64,000 nt of DNA. Origin: Klebsormidium nitens. Taxonomy: Eukaryota; Plantae; Klebsormidiophyceae. Both the position numbers and the translations under genes were made by a program. Location of the stretch: positions 1 to 64,000 of the forward strand of contig DF237019.1 in the NCBI GenBank assembly GCA_000708835.1, in the 5' to 3' direction. The stretch's first letter is position 1, and each line of letters starts with the position of its first letter. This document shows, in pieces, positions 1 through 10,810 of the stretch. The notes beneath the pieces are model-generated. The model saw only the letters and a program-made list of their open reading frames with translations. It made no database searches and had not been told where the DNA came from.

Positions 1-13
1 GGAACCAGGCCGA

Positions 14-307
14 TCATTGAGCGGCCGAAAGCGACGCAGGCCGCACCGTCACAGATCGACACGTGCACCCACCTCCGATCCGAAGCGTCGGCAAACGGCC
101 AGCGGCTACTTCGGCGCCGGACTCGGGCAACGGCGGCTTTACGCGCCCGGGCCAGCTGTGCAACGGGATTACGCGGCGACCGAAATCTAGCCCGATTAAT
201 TTATTGGAGATGAATTTGGCCTGTACCAGGTCACCCTGCATGATCAGTATGACCGGCGTGACGCCCAGCAGGCGCCCGTTCAGTTCCACGGCGTAGGCCG
301 CGTGGCG
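14..307 (-). other. GC-rich open frame fragment running off the window start; possibly a transposase-like remnant, identity unresolved
   Basis: Open frame RHAAYAVELNGRLLGVTPVILIMQGDLVQAKFISNKLIG... begins right after a TAG that is part of the 14-bp palindrome at 308-321. PVILIMQGD only loosely resembles CMC/Plavaka-type transposase segments. Confidence 0.2.
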
Positions 308-690
308 CTACCGTACGGTAGTTTTCGTGAAAACATGGGGCAAATCGCTCCGATCGCACGGCTTCGCGGCGAATTTGCGCCGGATCGCGGAGTTCCCCCG
401 GGCAACGTCAAATTTGGGTTGCCCGGCCAGGTTTTTGAGGCGACTAGGCCCGCTCCCCCGCTATTCCACGGTCTTGTAGGTTTTCTGCAGGTTAGCGAAT
501 GGGTATCTTTTCGGGGCAGAGATTGCAGGAATTGGCCCCATTTCGAAAGCGGCATTTTTGTGCATATATGTGATCGGTTCGGCTGGATTTGCCTCAAAAA
601 TGTGCGGTGCTTTCTTCGGTACGTACTTGCAGCACTGCCATGGTACGACAGTGGATCGCGGTCTGTACCGAAGCTACCCTGTAGATCCAT
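308..690 (+). repeat. GC/CpG-rich non-coding element A, related to the element at 13.55-14.0 kb
   Basis: Starts with perfect palindrome CTACCGTACGGTAG (308-321). Shares TACGGTAG, GATCGCACG (352-360), CGGCCRGGTTTTTGAG and a GTAC cluster (~618-668) with 13558-14000. Confidence 0.35.
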
Positions 691-1439
691 AGGCTATGGG
701 TGCGCCTTTCGCCAAACCCTAATCCTTTCTTGCGGTGCCAGCTAGATTCTAAAGCTAGCTCCTTAATTCGATCACAGTCTTGCAGGGCGGCTATAGCTCC
801 GCTCTGTCCTCAGCCAAATCATGGTGATGCATCATGCAGCCGAAGTCTTCTTTCAATGGCTTCAGCAAGCTCATCAGAGGATAAAAGGGAGTTGTAGTGC
901 GCTATGGTGCGTGGATTTGTAAGCAATTGTCGTGCAATTGTCAAGCCAGCTTAGAGGCAAGCAAGGTGCCTGTCCCATGCCTGTCCGGTTGCCCTGTTTG
1001 CAGCAAGCATATTAAGAGTAGTCTCCAAAGGTCTTCACCTGTTAAATCTGTTTGCCCGGCAGCTGAAATCTTAGAGGCACCGTATTAAAGCCTGTTAGCA
1101 TTTGCACTTAATTACTTGACATAAGTATAGAGAGTAGAGAACACAATGCTGCATTTGAAAGGCAGGGCAGAGCTGAACATGCAGGCTGCAGCTCTCAGCG
1201 ACCACCTGCTTTACTGCAGAAACACTGGTGTCCGCCTTTTGCAGATGCTCAGCTTGCAGCCGTCTGCTGGCAGCCAAACCCCAAGATTACATTGTCTGAC
1301 AGCCCTCCACTGGACACATGCCAGCCCAGCTAGCTGTAGCTGTTCCAAAAGCTTTCTGCAGCTCACGGAAAGCAGAACTTATAACAGAACAAGGTGAAAT
1401 GGCTGAGTAGTGGAAATCAGCTGAGACTTGACAAAGCAA

Positions 1440-3338
1440 GTCTTGGAAGGAGAATCTCTGGCTTGGCGGAGGGAAGCCCTGTGGGGGCCCTGCATTATTG
1501 CCCAGCGCTTCATGGTGAGTTCCTGAGACTCCTTGTTATGGGCTTACATTGACGCAATCAACTTAGCTGGTCAATTGCGGGCAATCAGTGCGGTACAGCG
1601 CAGGCATGGCAGAGAGATTTCAGCAATCTAGACACAGTGTGAGGTATGGAAGGAAACACAATGATGCACCACTCCTGTCTTTGTATCATGGGTTTGTGTC
1701 AATTTCATCTTTCGGAATGATCAGGTCGCAGAGTAAACAGTTCACCTAGTATCTGTGCTTAACTCCTGCGACAGTCCTAGTGTCGTTTCACGTTTATTCC
1801 TTCGACCGAGGCTATTGCCATGCCAGCCCTTAACGTCATCAACCATGAGCGCTCAGTCATAAGCACACGTCATTCAACTTTGAAGGTAGACAGAGCCGTC
1901 CGGTGATTTGTAGCACCGTCAACCAGCTAGCTGCTAGCCGGAGCTGCTAAAGTGTCAACCTTTCGAGATAACTACTAAGCTCTGATGCTTGTAGTCCAAC
2001 ACTTTTTTACCCCTCTCTTGTCAAGCTCGAATGCTATCCAATCTCTATTCCAAACCATCAAGGCTTTGCACAGTAGTGTTCTACCAATTTTTGCAGGAGC
2101 CAAGAAGGACTCTGGCGAGCAAAACCTTTCGCCTCAATCCAACGTCCAGGCCTCCAGAAACGACGCACCGCCAAGACTCACAAGACGCCTGGTGTTCCAC
2201 GGTCTACACAGCGACACAGCGACGCGCCCTTCTGGCAATCTGACACCTTTCATGTACAAATAAGCAGCCCTCAGGTTAGTTATTTGCATTAAATTCCCGA
2301 CAAACTGCTCTGCTTCATACAAACATTCACTTAACATGCAGAAAACAAGTAAAGATCTGTTGTGTTAGCCTGATACTTTGGCAGAGAAAGCATGCACGCT
2401 TTAGACTTACTGCACGTTATCCTGTACGTTTTCTTTGCTATGAGAGCATTTGCTGGCGGCAGCGTAATTCAGTTTTCATGGACGATCGATCTATTCTGTT
2501 GCATATCTCTCACGTTGCGTACTGTGGCCATTGCCTGGCTCTTTCTTGACCGCATACGCATCCTTCCTTTCCGCATTCATGCCATCCTGACCGCGCTTCG
2601 GATTCGCCACCTGTCGAATCCCGTGCCGCATCTAAGATCCGTGGCCCCTAGCTCGTCTTTACTTTAGAAAGCGAGGCGGCCTTCCATTGATCATCTGGTC
2701 TGCGTACGGCGCTGTGTACGCGCTTTGCCTCGTTCACATGGCAGATTCGGCTCCAAAGCGCCGTGAGACAATGATGCAAGATTGATCATGATGTGTGCGT
2801 CCCTGTGCTGCAGAAGACAGGGGTCATTGGCAGCATTGACGTGCACAGGGCAGCGCTAAGCCCGATTGTCCGATCTAGGCCCTAGGTAGGCCTGGCGGCT
2901 TCCAGTCGTACCGCTGTGTCCCATTCAACGATTCCGGCGTCCACCAGCTTCCGTAGAAGTGCCAATAGAGATCGGACGCTTCATAGATAGACGTTGGAAG
3001 CAGCCTGGACATCAGGCAATTCAATAGGGAGGGACGGCCTTGGAAGAACATCGCGCTAGTGATACGTGTCTCATGCCGCGCGATTTGCCTCAGCAGTGAT
3101 TTCAGTGCACAGATAAACCCCGAAGAAGTTCGTGCTCGCCGCAGTCTCGACGAAGGTACGTATGATCAACTCTATCAAGAGATTTATAAAAAAAACCCTT
3201 CAAGGTGTCTGTATGTAGCAATGCTCGGCCCTACATTGGTTTGAGAGCTGGTACGCCAATTACGCGACGCTAAGCAATCATTGCATGACCGGATTGCCTT
3301 CTATCGCCTGATTCTAAAACGATACTTATATTGCTAAA
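1440..3338 (+). other. possible decayed or uncharacterised spliced gene
   Basis: Exon-like pieces with GT/AG edges (LEGESLAWRREALWGPCIIAQRFM|gtgagt ~1440-1515; ...EEVRARRSLDE|gtacgt ~3155; ELVRQLRDAKQSLHDRIAFYRLILKRYLYC* ~3245-3338), but no continuous model could be built. Confidence 0.2.
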
Positions 3339-4469
3339 CTAACTTTCGTCGTAGTTCATGTGGCATGACTGTTGGTGCAAGCAAGTGCACGTCTTGATAA
3401 CGTACCGTAACTAGCTTATAAGCTGCCTGGGCTTCGCCGATCATGTTAACGTGATCGAAGCTTCAAAGCAACAATTCGCGTCATGATATCATAGTATCAC
3501 TTTGATGACTTCGCTAACATGCATGAAGATATCTGAATAGGTGACGCCATGCTACGGTAGACAATTACAGTGCAGACCATGCATGATGCATGGCATCGTT
3601 GTACATGGATAGACTTGCATTATGAAAAAACGTACAACGGGACGGTATTGATGTGGATACGCACCTCGACAAGGCAACATGGAATCTACTAGATCCGATC
3701 GCCAATTGCAGATTAATGAGATTCATACACCTTTTCGGACCTTGAGTTGGACAGGAGTAACTGAGCAATCCACTCGTGTCAAGCTTTGACATCAAGTCCG
3801 CCTAGCTTTCTTTGGGGGATTGCTGGTGTTTGGAACGCTTTCCTCCAATCCCTTCTTCTTATTTGTTTGGGGCTGAGCGAGTTTTTCGATGTACTTCCAA
3901 GGTTGACCAGGATCAACTCCGGTTGCAACCATACTTGCCTCAACCGCTTCGATCGCTGCTGCTTCACCTACGTTACCCTTGCGATGACGTCCTCTATAAT
4001 CAGGCAAAGTTTACGAAATTTTGAAAAGTATCTAATTTCTTTTTCCCTACCTTTTCTCCAAGCACAACCATACAACTCCTCCATCTCCCTCAAGGGAAGC
4101 GGCCAACCTGGCTGGCCATGTGCCCACTCCTGCCAGTACTCAGCTACACACCTGTAGTTTCTCCCCATCGTGTAGTTCGAAGCCCATGAAGGAAGGACGT
4201 CCGGACGCAATTCTACACCAGCGGCCCCTCTTCCCGGTAAGCCGCTGTCCGCGGCCCCTCGGTCTGGCGCGGTGCCAACCGAGGCCCCCTGTCCTGTTGC
4301 GCAGCCGTCTGTAGCTCCCCCGTGCGACCATTCGCGACTCGGACTGTCCATGGCCTCCGTGTCCGATGCACGGTGGTTTGCAGCTCGGTCCGCATCTCCC
4401 CTTCTTGATGCACCGATGTCCGATGAACCCCCTCCCAGTACGCCGTCGTCTACGGCGTCTCCCTCCACT

Positions 4470-4830
4470 GCGCGGCTGTCCGCAGCTCCTCCTGCAGATG
4501 TGCGGCCGTTCGCGGCAATCGCATCCGGCGCGTCGCTGTCCGCACCTCCCCCTTCCGGTGCGGGCCTGTCCGCGGACGCCCACGCCGGCGCGCTGCTGTC
4601 CGCAGCTCCTCCATCTCGTCCGTGGCTGTCCGAGGAAGCCCCCGTCGGCGCGTAGCTCTCCGCAGCTCCCCCGTCCGGTGCGCGGCTGTCCGCAGCACCT
4701 CCGTCCGGTGTGCCGCTGTCCGCTGACGGGCCCCCGCCGGTGCGCGGCTGTCCGCAGCACCCCCGTCCGGTGCGCCACGGTTCGCGGACGTCCCAGCCGG
4801 TGCGGGGCTGTCCGCAGCACCCCCGTTAGG
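4470..4830 (-). repeat. 30-bp coding minisatellite (~12 units; GGAADSRAPD-like decapeptide) inside the Crypton ORF
   Basis: Plus-strand core CTGTCCGC recurs at 30-bp steps from ~4476 to ~4810. One step is 32 bp (a frameshift). Confidence 0.85.
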
Positions 4831-7800
4831 TGGGGAGCCGTCCACTGGCGCTCGCCCCGGGGCACGCGGCCGCTTGTGCGGCTGCCCTTAACGCAGCCTC
4901 CGTTGCTGCTGCAACAGTTGAGCTCGGGGTCCGCGCGAAAAAGCTCGAAGGATTCCTTCGGACAGCGGACTGGCTCCGGTCCGTAACAGTAGAGGCCTCC
5001 CGCTGCGCAGACCAGGACGGACTCACATTCCTCCCCCACTGCTGGCCGGTGGTAACTCCTTCAAGCAGTGTTTTCAGCCCCGACACCTCTTGCGTCAGAT
5101 CCGCAATATGCTTGAGGCCCAGACGTTCCTTCTCCTTGCAATCCCGCACGTCGCGTTGGATGGCAGCCAGGAGCGCTTGATGATCTCGGAGGAGGGAGAT
5201 CACCTGTATACGATAAGCAATAATTAAGCGGAAAGCAAGTGCCCTTGAAGGACACCTCAATCATCGTTTTTGCGCAACACGGAATGCAGCCTGTCGGTAC
5301 CGACAAGGATTGGTGGACAGGATGGTGAGCCTCCCGCGCTCGGTAGCCTGGTTTGGAGTTGTTGCTACCTAGAACGAGCAGACAATCAACTCCAAAATCC
5401 CTGCCGGACGAGCCCTTCGTCGGGATACATCGACTTGCTTCACAAAAGCTGTGAAGCCATATGAGAGATCTTCCGTGCAGAACTCGAGGCAAAAATGAAA
5501 GTAAGCAGGCGATCCCGCTGCCAATTCTTGGGCGACCTGGATGCCTCACTTTTTTCCAAACATTCAAACGAACAAATCCTGAGATCCGTAAGAGCGTGAA
5601 TTACCTCCGGAGGCAAATTGACGAGCTGGGGAGGGGCTTCCGGTGCGGGGCATCATGGCACCAACCGGCAGCTGATTGAGGTAAGAGGTGCGGAAGTGGT
5701 CGTAAATCCACCGTCCAAGCCGGGCGCTCTCCCCTTCTTTCCCACTGCACAAACGAAAGCCGCTTCTTGCAGTTGGTGACATTTTTCTCTTGATGCAAAC
5801 AATGCAGCCGAGCCTCATTGCTGTAAGACATCGGAGCAACTCCCTTTGCCTGTTCACGAGCTGCCAATACCCGGATGCCAGACAACGGAAGTGCTGGTGA
5901 TGAGCTATCGAGTGGTCAGAACCTTGAGAAGATGCATTCGAGCCAGCTTATGTACTGGTGAACAGCTAACATACTTGCAATGGTCGGATGAAGCTGTTCA
6001 CTACCCGAAGGAGATAAGATTAGGCCAGGCTGCTTACCCGTTATCTTCGGCGTGCCTGACGGACGACCCACGTGGTGCGTGCGTGATCTTGCTGCTGACC
6101 ACGTGCTCATGTTGAAACATGGCTTTGAAGTGCTTGAGCTGGGTCGTACTCCATCTTCTCAAAGATGTCGTCGTTCTCGTAAAATGGTGGAAACTTGTTG
6201 TACCTGAAGTAAAAACACACCCTTATCATAGAATGCTGGGGGTTAGAATGATTTAAGCCTTTCATCAGAAAAACGTATGCTGCCTCACGTTAAGAGAAGT
6301 CACGTTGAAAGCTGTAATTGAGGCAAGAAACGAGCGCAATCCAAGTCTGCTGGATAGGTCTGTACATGAAACGGGTCTAGCAGGCAATGACAGCACCAGC
6401 CTTGCTTCGACTTCCTGGCGGTCTTTCGTAGAAAACCCTGAGTTTGGGTCCATTCAAAAGCAAGTCGGTTCGATATCGCTTTTACATCAGCGAACAGCGC
6501 CAAACGCAAATAACAGCTTACCAAGCCGCCCTCGAGCTGAAGTCCGGATAACAGCCAGGCTCTGGAAATAGAATATGGAACGTTTGGAAGAGTTGGAACG
6601 CCAAAGCGCCAACGGCGCACTCCTCCACGTTCTTGTGGCGAAAACCCCCAAAGTACTCGAGCCGCCCGTTCTGAGAAAGTAATAAGAGTTTAGTGGTTGC
6701 ATCACCCGGATTTGTTCGCATTGACAACCGGGATTAGAAGCGTGACAGCTCAGTTGGCTTCGCTTCTTGTGAAAGACCGAGGGAGAACTCCTCAATTGGA
6801 AAGTTACTGTAAACGTGACAGGTCCTAAGTTGGAACCCTTTCATGATCAAGTGCCTCGAAAAGAAAGCAGGCGCTTCGCAAACCTCCAAATACGATTCTC
6901 TCTCAAGTGACGCTGCCTCAAGCGGAGCTTAAGATTCAACTCGTGCTTTGTAACACCGGAAAGATTCTCAAAAGCTTCTGAGTCCAATATAGGAACGAAG
7001 CTGTTGTCGCTCGCACCTTGTTGGTTTCGCCGCAGTAGCTGACCCCGCCCACAAAAAGAGGAACGTCTGGTCCAACGTTCGCAAACTTCTTGCTGTACAA
7101 GTCTGGGAGGTCGATGCTGCGCCCGTCATCGCCGCGAAGGACAAATTGGTGCGAAGCGAGGAACATGCCCCTGCGGATGAGGAGAATGCTCCAGATGTGA
7201 CTTGCATCCGAGGTTAGAAAAGGGAACAACCTGCTTAACGGAACATGACTAGAACGGAACCGGTAGGGGGGAATTGGTTCGACGCAGATGCTTTTCGAGC
7301 TTATCAGCAGACTTTCGTGGACGCCCGGGCGGACCTGGATGCCCTCAAGAGCGGAAGCAAGGGCTTTCCGGTCGTAAGAGCGGACCGAGCGGAATTCAGC
7401 TAAAAAAGCCGGTCTTTGGTGCGTTAGGCGGCTGAAAGTCTGGCGGGAGGCGTCACCTCGACCTTTCAGGAGTGTTTATTACGTAGAAGCAATGAGGACG
7501 GTCAATAATTTTCTAGAGCATCACCGAAGGCAGGCGGTGTGCTTCCACGCGCCCTCAGCGCTCGACACTACAATCTGCCGCACGAAGTGACGGCAACCGC
7601 TTCAAAAAGGAGACTCCAAAGAGGGGGCGGAACCCGAGCTAGCCTGTGGGTGGGGTGCCCAATCAAATGCACAAGCTTCGTGCCTCGCCATACGTAGCTT
7701 CTAAAGGCCTGATGATTGTTCAAAAGCTTTGACTCGAGTACTGCAATGCTTCTGGCGTGCATGTGCTCCCACCTCATTGTCGTATGCTGATGTGCCGATC

Positions 7801-9475
7801 GCACTTCATCGCCTTCGTTGAAAACGGTGTTAGGACAAGCTGCATACAGCCAGGCCTGACACAGCCGCAACTTCTCCTCCGCCGTGTAGCCATCCGACTC
7901 GGTCCCAGCTTGACGATCGGCGCAAGTGCTGCACACAAACGTTTTGGTGCTTGACAATATCATAGCCGCTTTGAACCCAAACTACATTAGGATTCGCTGC
8001 CTACGAACAATGTATACTCCAGGGGACTTCGTTCTTTTTGGAAAATTGTATGAATGCAGCGCCAGGAGTTGTTCGAAGCCCAAAGCTCTGAAGTTGTTGA
8101 TTCTTTTATTCTGACTATGAGTCCGCTGGTCCAAATGACGTCACCGGCCCGTAAACAAGGAGTCAAAAAAGCAGCTCGGGACCAGAGGAAGGATCGTGGA
8201 CCCGTAAGCATACGCTTTGCACAGTGAACGCATGCGTTTTGGCAGGCCTACTGATAGATCTGACATACCCGGCTTTGAGATTAACAGCTCTCACCAGCCT
8301 GACGCCGATGCTTAGGCACGCTGAAACAGCATAAAAGGAAACATCCAAAGAGACGGCAGAGGGCAGAATTGGAACACGCGTCAGAGCATAGGATTGTCTC
8401 AGATGAGAATGCACTTACCGAATCTTCTTCCGCCCTGTATTCAGTTGGGCAGCCTTCAGGAGCTGTTGCATGGTGGGAATTGCACGGACGTCGCACGACT
8501 GCTCGTAGATGCCATCGAGATTGTCTTGGACGAGCGCAAAGAATTGCATGCCTTTGACGAAGTTGTTGACAACTCCGAAAGACTGCGAAAACGAATGGGA
8601 GTTCGAAGGTCATTGTTGAGGTGTGAGGCTTTTCAGATCTTCGAGCACTGCAATGTCACCGATCAACGGAGTCCCCTCACTGAAAGTCGATGGAGAATTC
8701 TCAAAGGCACAAAATGGAGACGAACACTTTGATTGTGGATCATCATTTCATGATTTGCAATAGCCAATAGACGAGGACCTGTCGAACTCTCCCTGGAAGT
8801 GACATCTCGAAGCAATTTCTGTTTCGGGTACAGGTTGGCAGGTGCAAGCAGGCTCTAAGTGAGCTCTACATATGTGGAAGCAGACCTGATCGAGTCTCGG
8901 TACAAGGCATAGACATGGCCCAGAAACCTGACCGGTGCGCTGGGGCGCGAAACGTGTTTCTCTCCTCCGTTTGAAACATATTCAACAAAAATTATGCCCA
9001 TCTCTGGCGGCCCACTTAAAGTTTAAGCTTACCATGTCCTGGTTGTTGAGTTGGCCAAGGAGATTGACCGCGAGACCAATTCTGTGGGTGGCGATGCGCG
9101 GGCCGCATGCCCAATCCGGTAGAGCCTCTTGGCGCAGCAAACCTTGAACGTAGAAATTTCTTGGGGGAGCCCACGCACCATCCGTGGTGCCGTGACCGTT
9201 TGTTTTGCAGAAGTTCTGGACAAGGGAAGCGAACTTGAATGAGATTCTTCCTTGTCACTGAGTATATGACTGGTAAGTAGGAGTGATTCCTGGAACTACG
9301 ATGTAAAGCCCACCCTTTCAGCTTACGTCAATAATTTTGAGTCGCCCAAGGCAATGTTCTCAATCAGTAAGAACTTGAGACGGAATCCTCTGAAATCTTA
9401 TTTGCACTGAACGTTTCTTGAGGCAGTTAGGAGAAAGGATAAGCTTTACTATAAGTGATACTCTGTGAGGGCCTT

Positions 9476-9990
9476 GATCGCTGCGGGGTTGGACGTCCCG
9501 CACGCAAGGTGACGTCAGCAACAATTGAATGACATGCAGTATCTGGCCAGACAATATTCCTAATTCGACTTCAAGACGGACTTCTAATATTCTTGGGCGC
9601 TGCAGACCTGTAGGATACGAGAAAGATGTTGCATTTGCTGCAAGCAATTGCCGCAAGGGGCCTAGACTGTCCTGGCTCGGGGGTCGCGTACATGCGCTGA
9701 CGTCAGCAACACCTGAACGGATTGCGCTCCATGGCAAGATACCTTCAAGTCGAAGCATATTTTAAGACGGAACTATGGAATCGTTGGGCGCTTCGAGGCT
9801 GTGAGATTCGAGGAAGATATCGCATTTGCTGTAGCGACTTTCCATGAGAGGTCGGACCGCTGCGGGCTGGGAGAAGTCACTTGCCGCAAGATGACGTCAG
9901 CAATACATGGGAGAGTTCATCGTCTGGCCAGACATGAATTCGTCTTACGAAAGACTTTAGATGGATATTCGAAATTGCAGGTTTGAGTCG
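9476..9990. repeat. three degenerate ~190-bp tandem repeats, each with TGACGTCAGCAA
   Basis: TGACGTCAGCAA at ~9510, ~9698 and ~9892, with further shared blocks (GCTGCGGG, TCTGGCCAGACA, GCATTTGCTG, TTGGGCGCT). Confidence 0.65.
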
Positions 9991-10810
9991 CGCCCCCGCT
10001 CCCTGATTGCAATTGAACACATGACGAAGCGCTAAACTTATGTTTCGCCAAAGAGCTTCATAGGCCCAGGTGGTCGGGTTTTGCACTCACCTTGTACGTC
10101 CTTAGTGCCCAAATGTAGTCTTTGTAACTCTTGGGCTTCAGCTCGTCGACCTTCATGATTGCTGCCGTCCAGTTGGCCTGCGCTTGCTGGTCCTCATGGC
10201 TCATGTGCCCGGGCACCCCAGTTCCGCTCGGAGAGTCCGCAGCATCAACGGATCCAGGTGCCGCTTCCCCAGGAGTCTGCTCGCTTCCATTCCCCTGGCC
10301 TGAGGTCTCCGGCTACACCGTGCAATACCGTCGAGCACGCTAGTGCCCGCTCTCCGCCCCCCTCGCCGACTTCTTCCGGCCCCCGCGCTCCCTCCCCGAC
10401 CGGTTGACCCTTCTCACCGGAGCCCCGGTTGCTCCCCCGCTCCCTTGGTTCCGCTTCCGTTTCCGCCGCGGGGCCTCAGGCTGAGGTGAGCACTTGAAAC
10501 CCCTCACCGTCATCCCCCCCAACAGAAGCGGCAGTCCTTCGGCCACGTAAACCGATGGGCACGTCCTCTCTTTCCTCGGGCTCCTCCTCATGGAAGCTAA
10601 AGCACGGCGGAGGCGAAGATGGGCCCGGATTTGTTTCGATGCCGCTTCGGACGAGCCGCTTCGGACGAGCAGAATCTCTGAAAGAAGAGTAGACCGTCAG
10701 AAAACGTAGACCTCTGCTGACCCACTGCAATACGTTTGCGGGAAGGTACCTAAATGTATTAGGAGGGCTGTCAAACGGTCTAGCTTGCTTTTCTGAACAT
10801 ATCATCTGAC

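Larger units (their letters stand above)
3792..10677 (-). pseudogene. CryptonF-like tyrosine recombinase gene (NDC10_II-like YR domain + C-terminal GCR1_C-like domain), multi-exon, disrupted
   Basis: Exons: 10677-10091 (2A-like motif, basic PRRKRKR, ...ELKPKSYKDYIWALRTYK); 8582-8419; from 7928 (DRQAGTESDGYTAEEKLRL); ~7230-7017 (RRGMFLASHQFVLRGDDGRSIDLPDL...GETNK); 6670-6522 (GRLEYFGGFRHKNVEECAVGALAFQLF); 6203-6038 (SSKITHAPRGSSVRHAEDNG); 5744-5605 (RLGRWIYDHFRTSYLNQLP); 3' part YTMGRNYRCVAEYWQEWAHG...LREMEELYGCAWR...RYFSKFRKL (GCR1_C-like). YR catalytic pattern R..(K>E)..HxxR..W..Y is recognisable. Several stops and frameshifts. Confidence 0.85.

Noticed and set aside
4140-5039. Long ORFs in several frames (299, 206, 131, 127 aa)
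   Set aside because: By-products of the GC-rich 30-bp minisatellite; only the frame leading to GCR1_C is credible.
10313-10342. Possible non-standard genetic code (TAG = Gln) explaining in-frame stops
   Set aside because: CHL27 and the NHA gene end in TAG and host exons contain no internal TAR codons. The stops are pseudogene lesions.
10091-10677. Non-LTR retrotransposon suggested by the 2A-like motif
   Set aside because: No endonuclease or reverse-transcriptase motifs downstream; the downstream exons are tyrosine-recombinase/GCR1_C-like.
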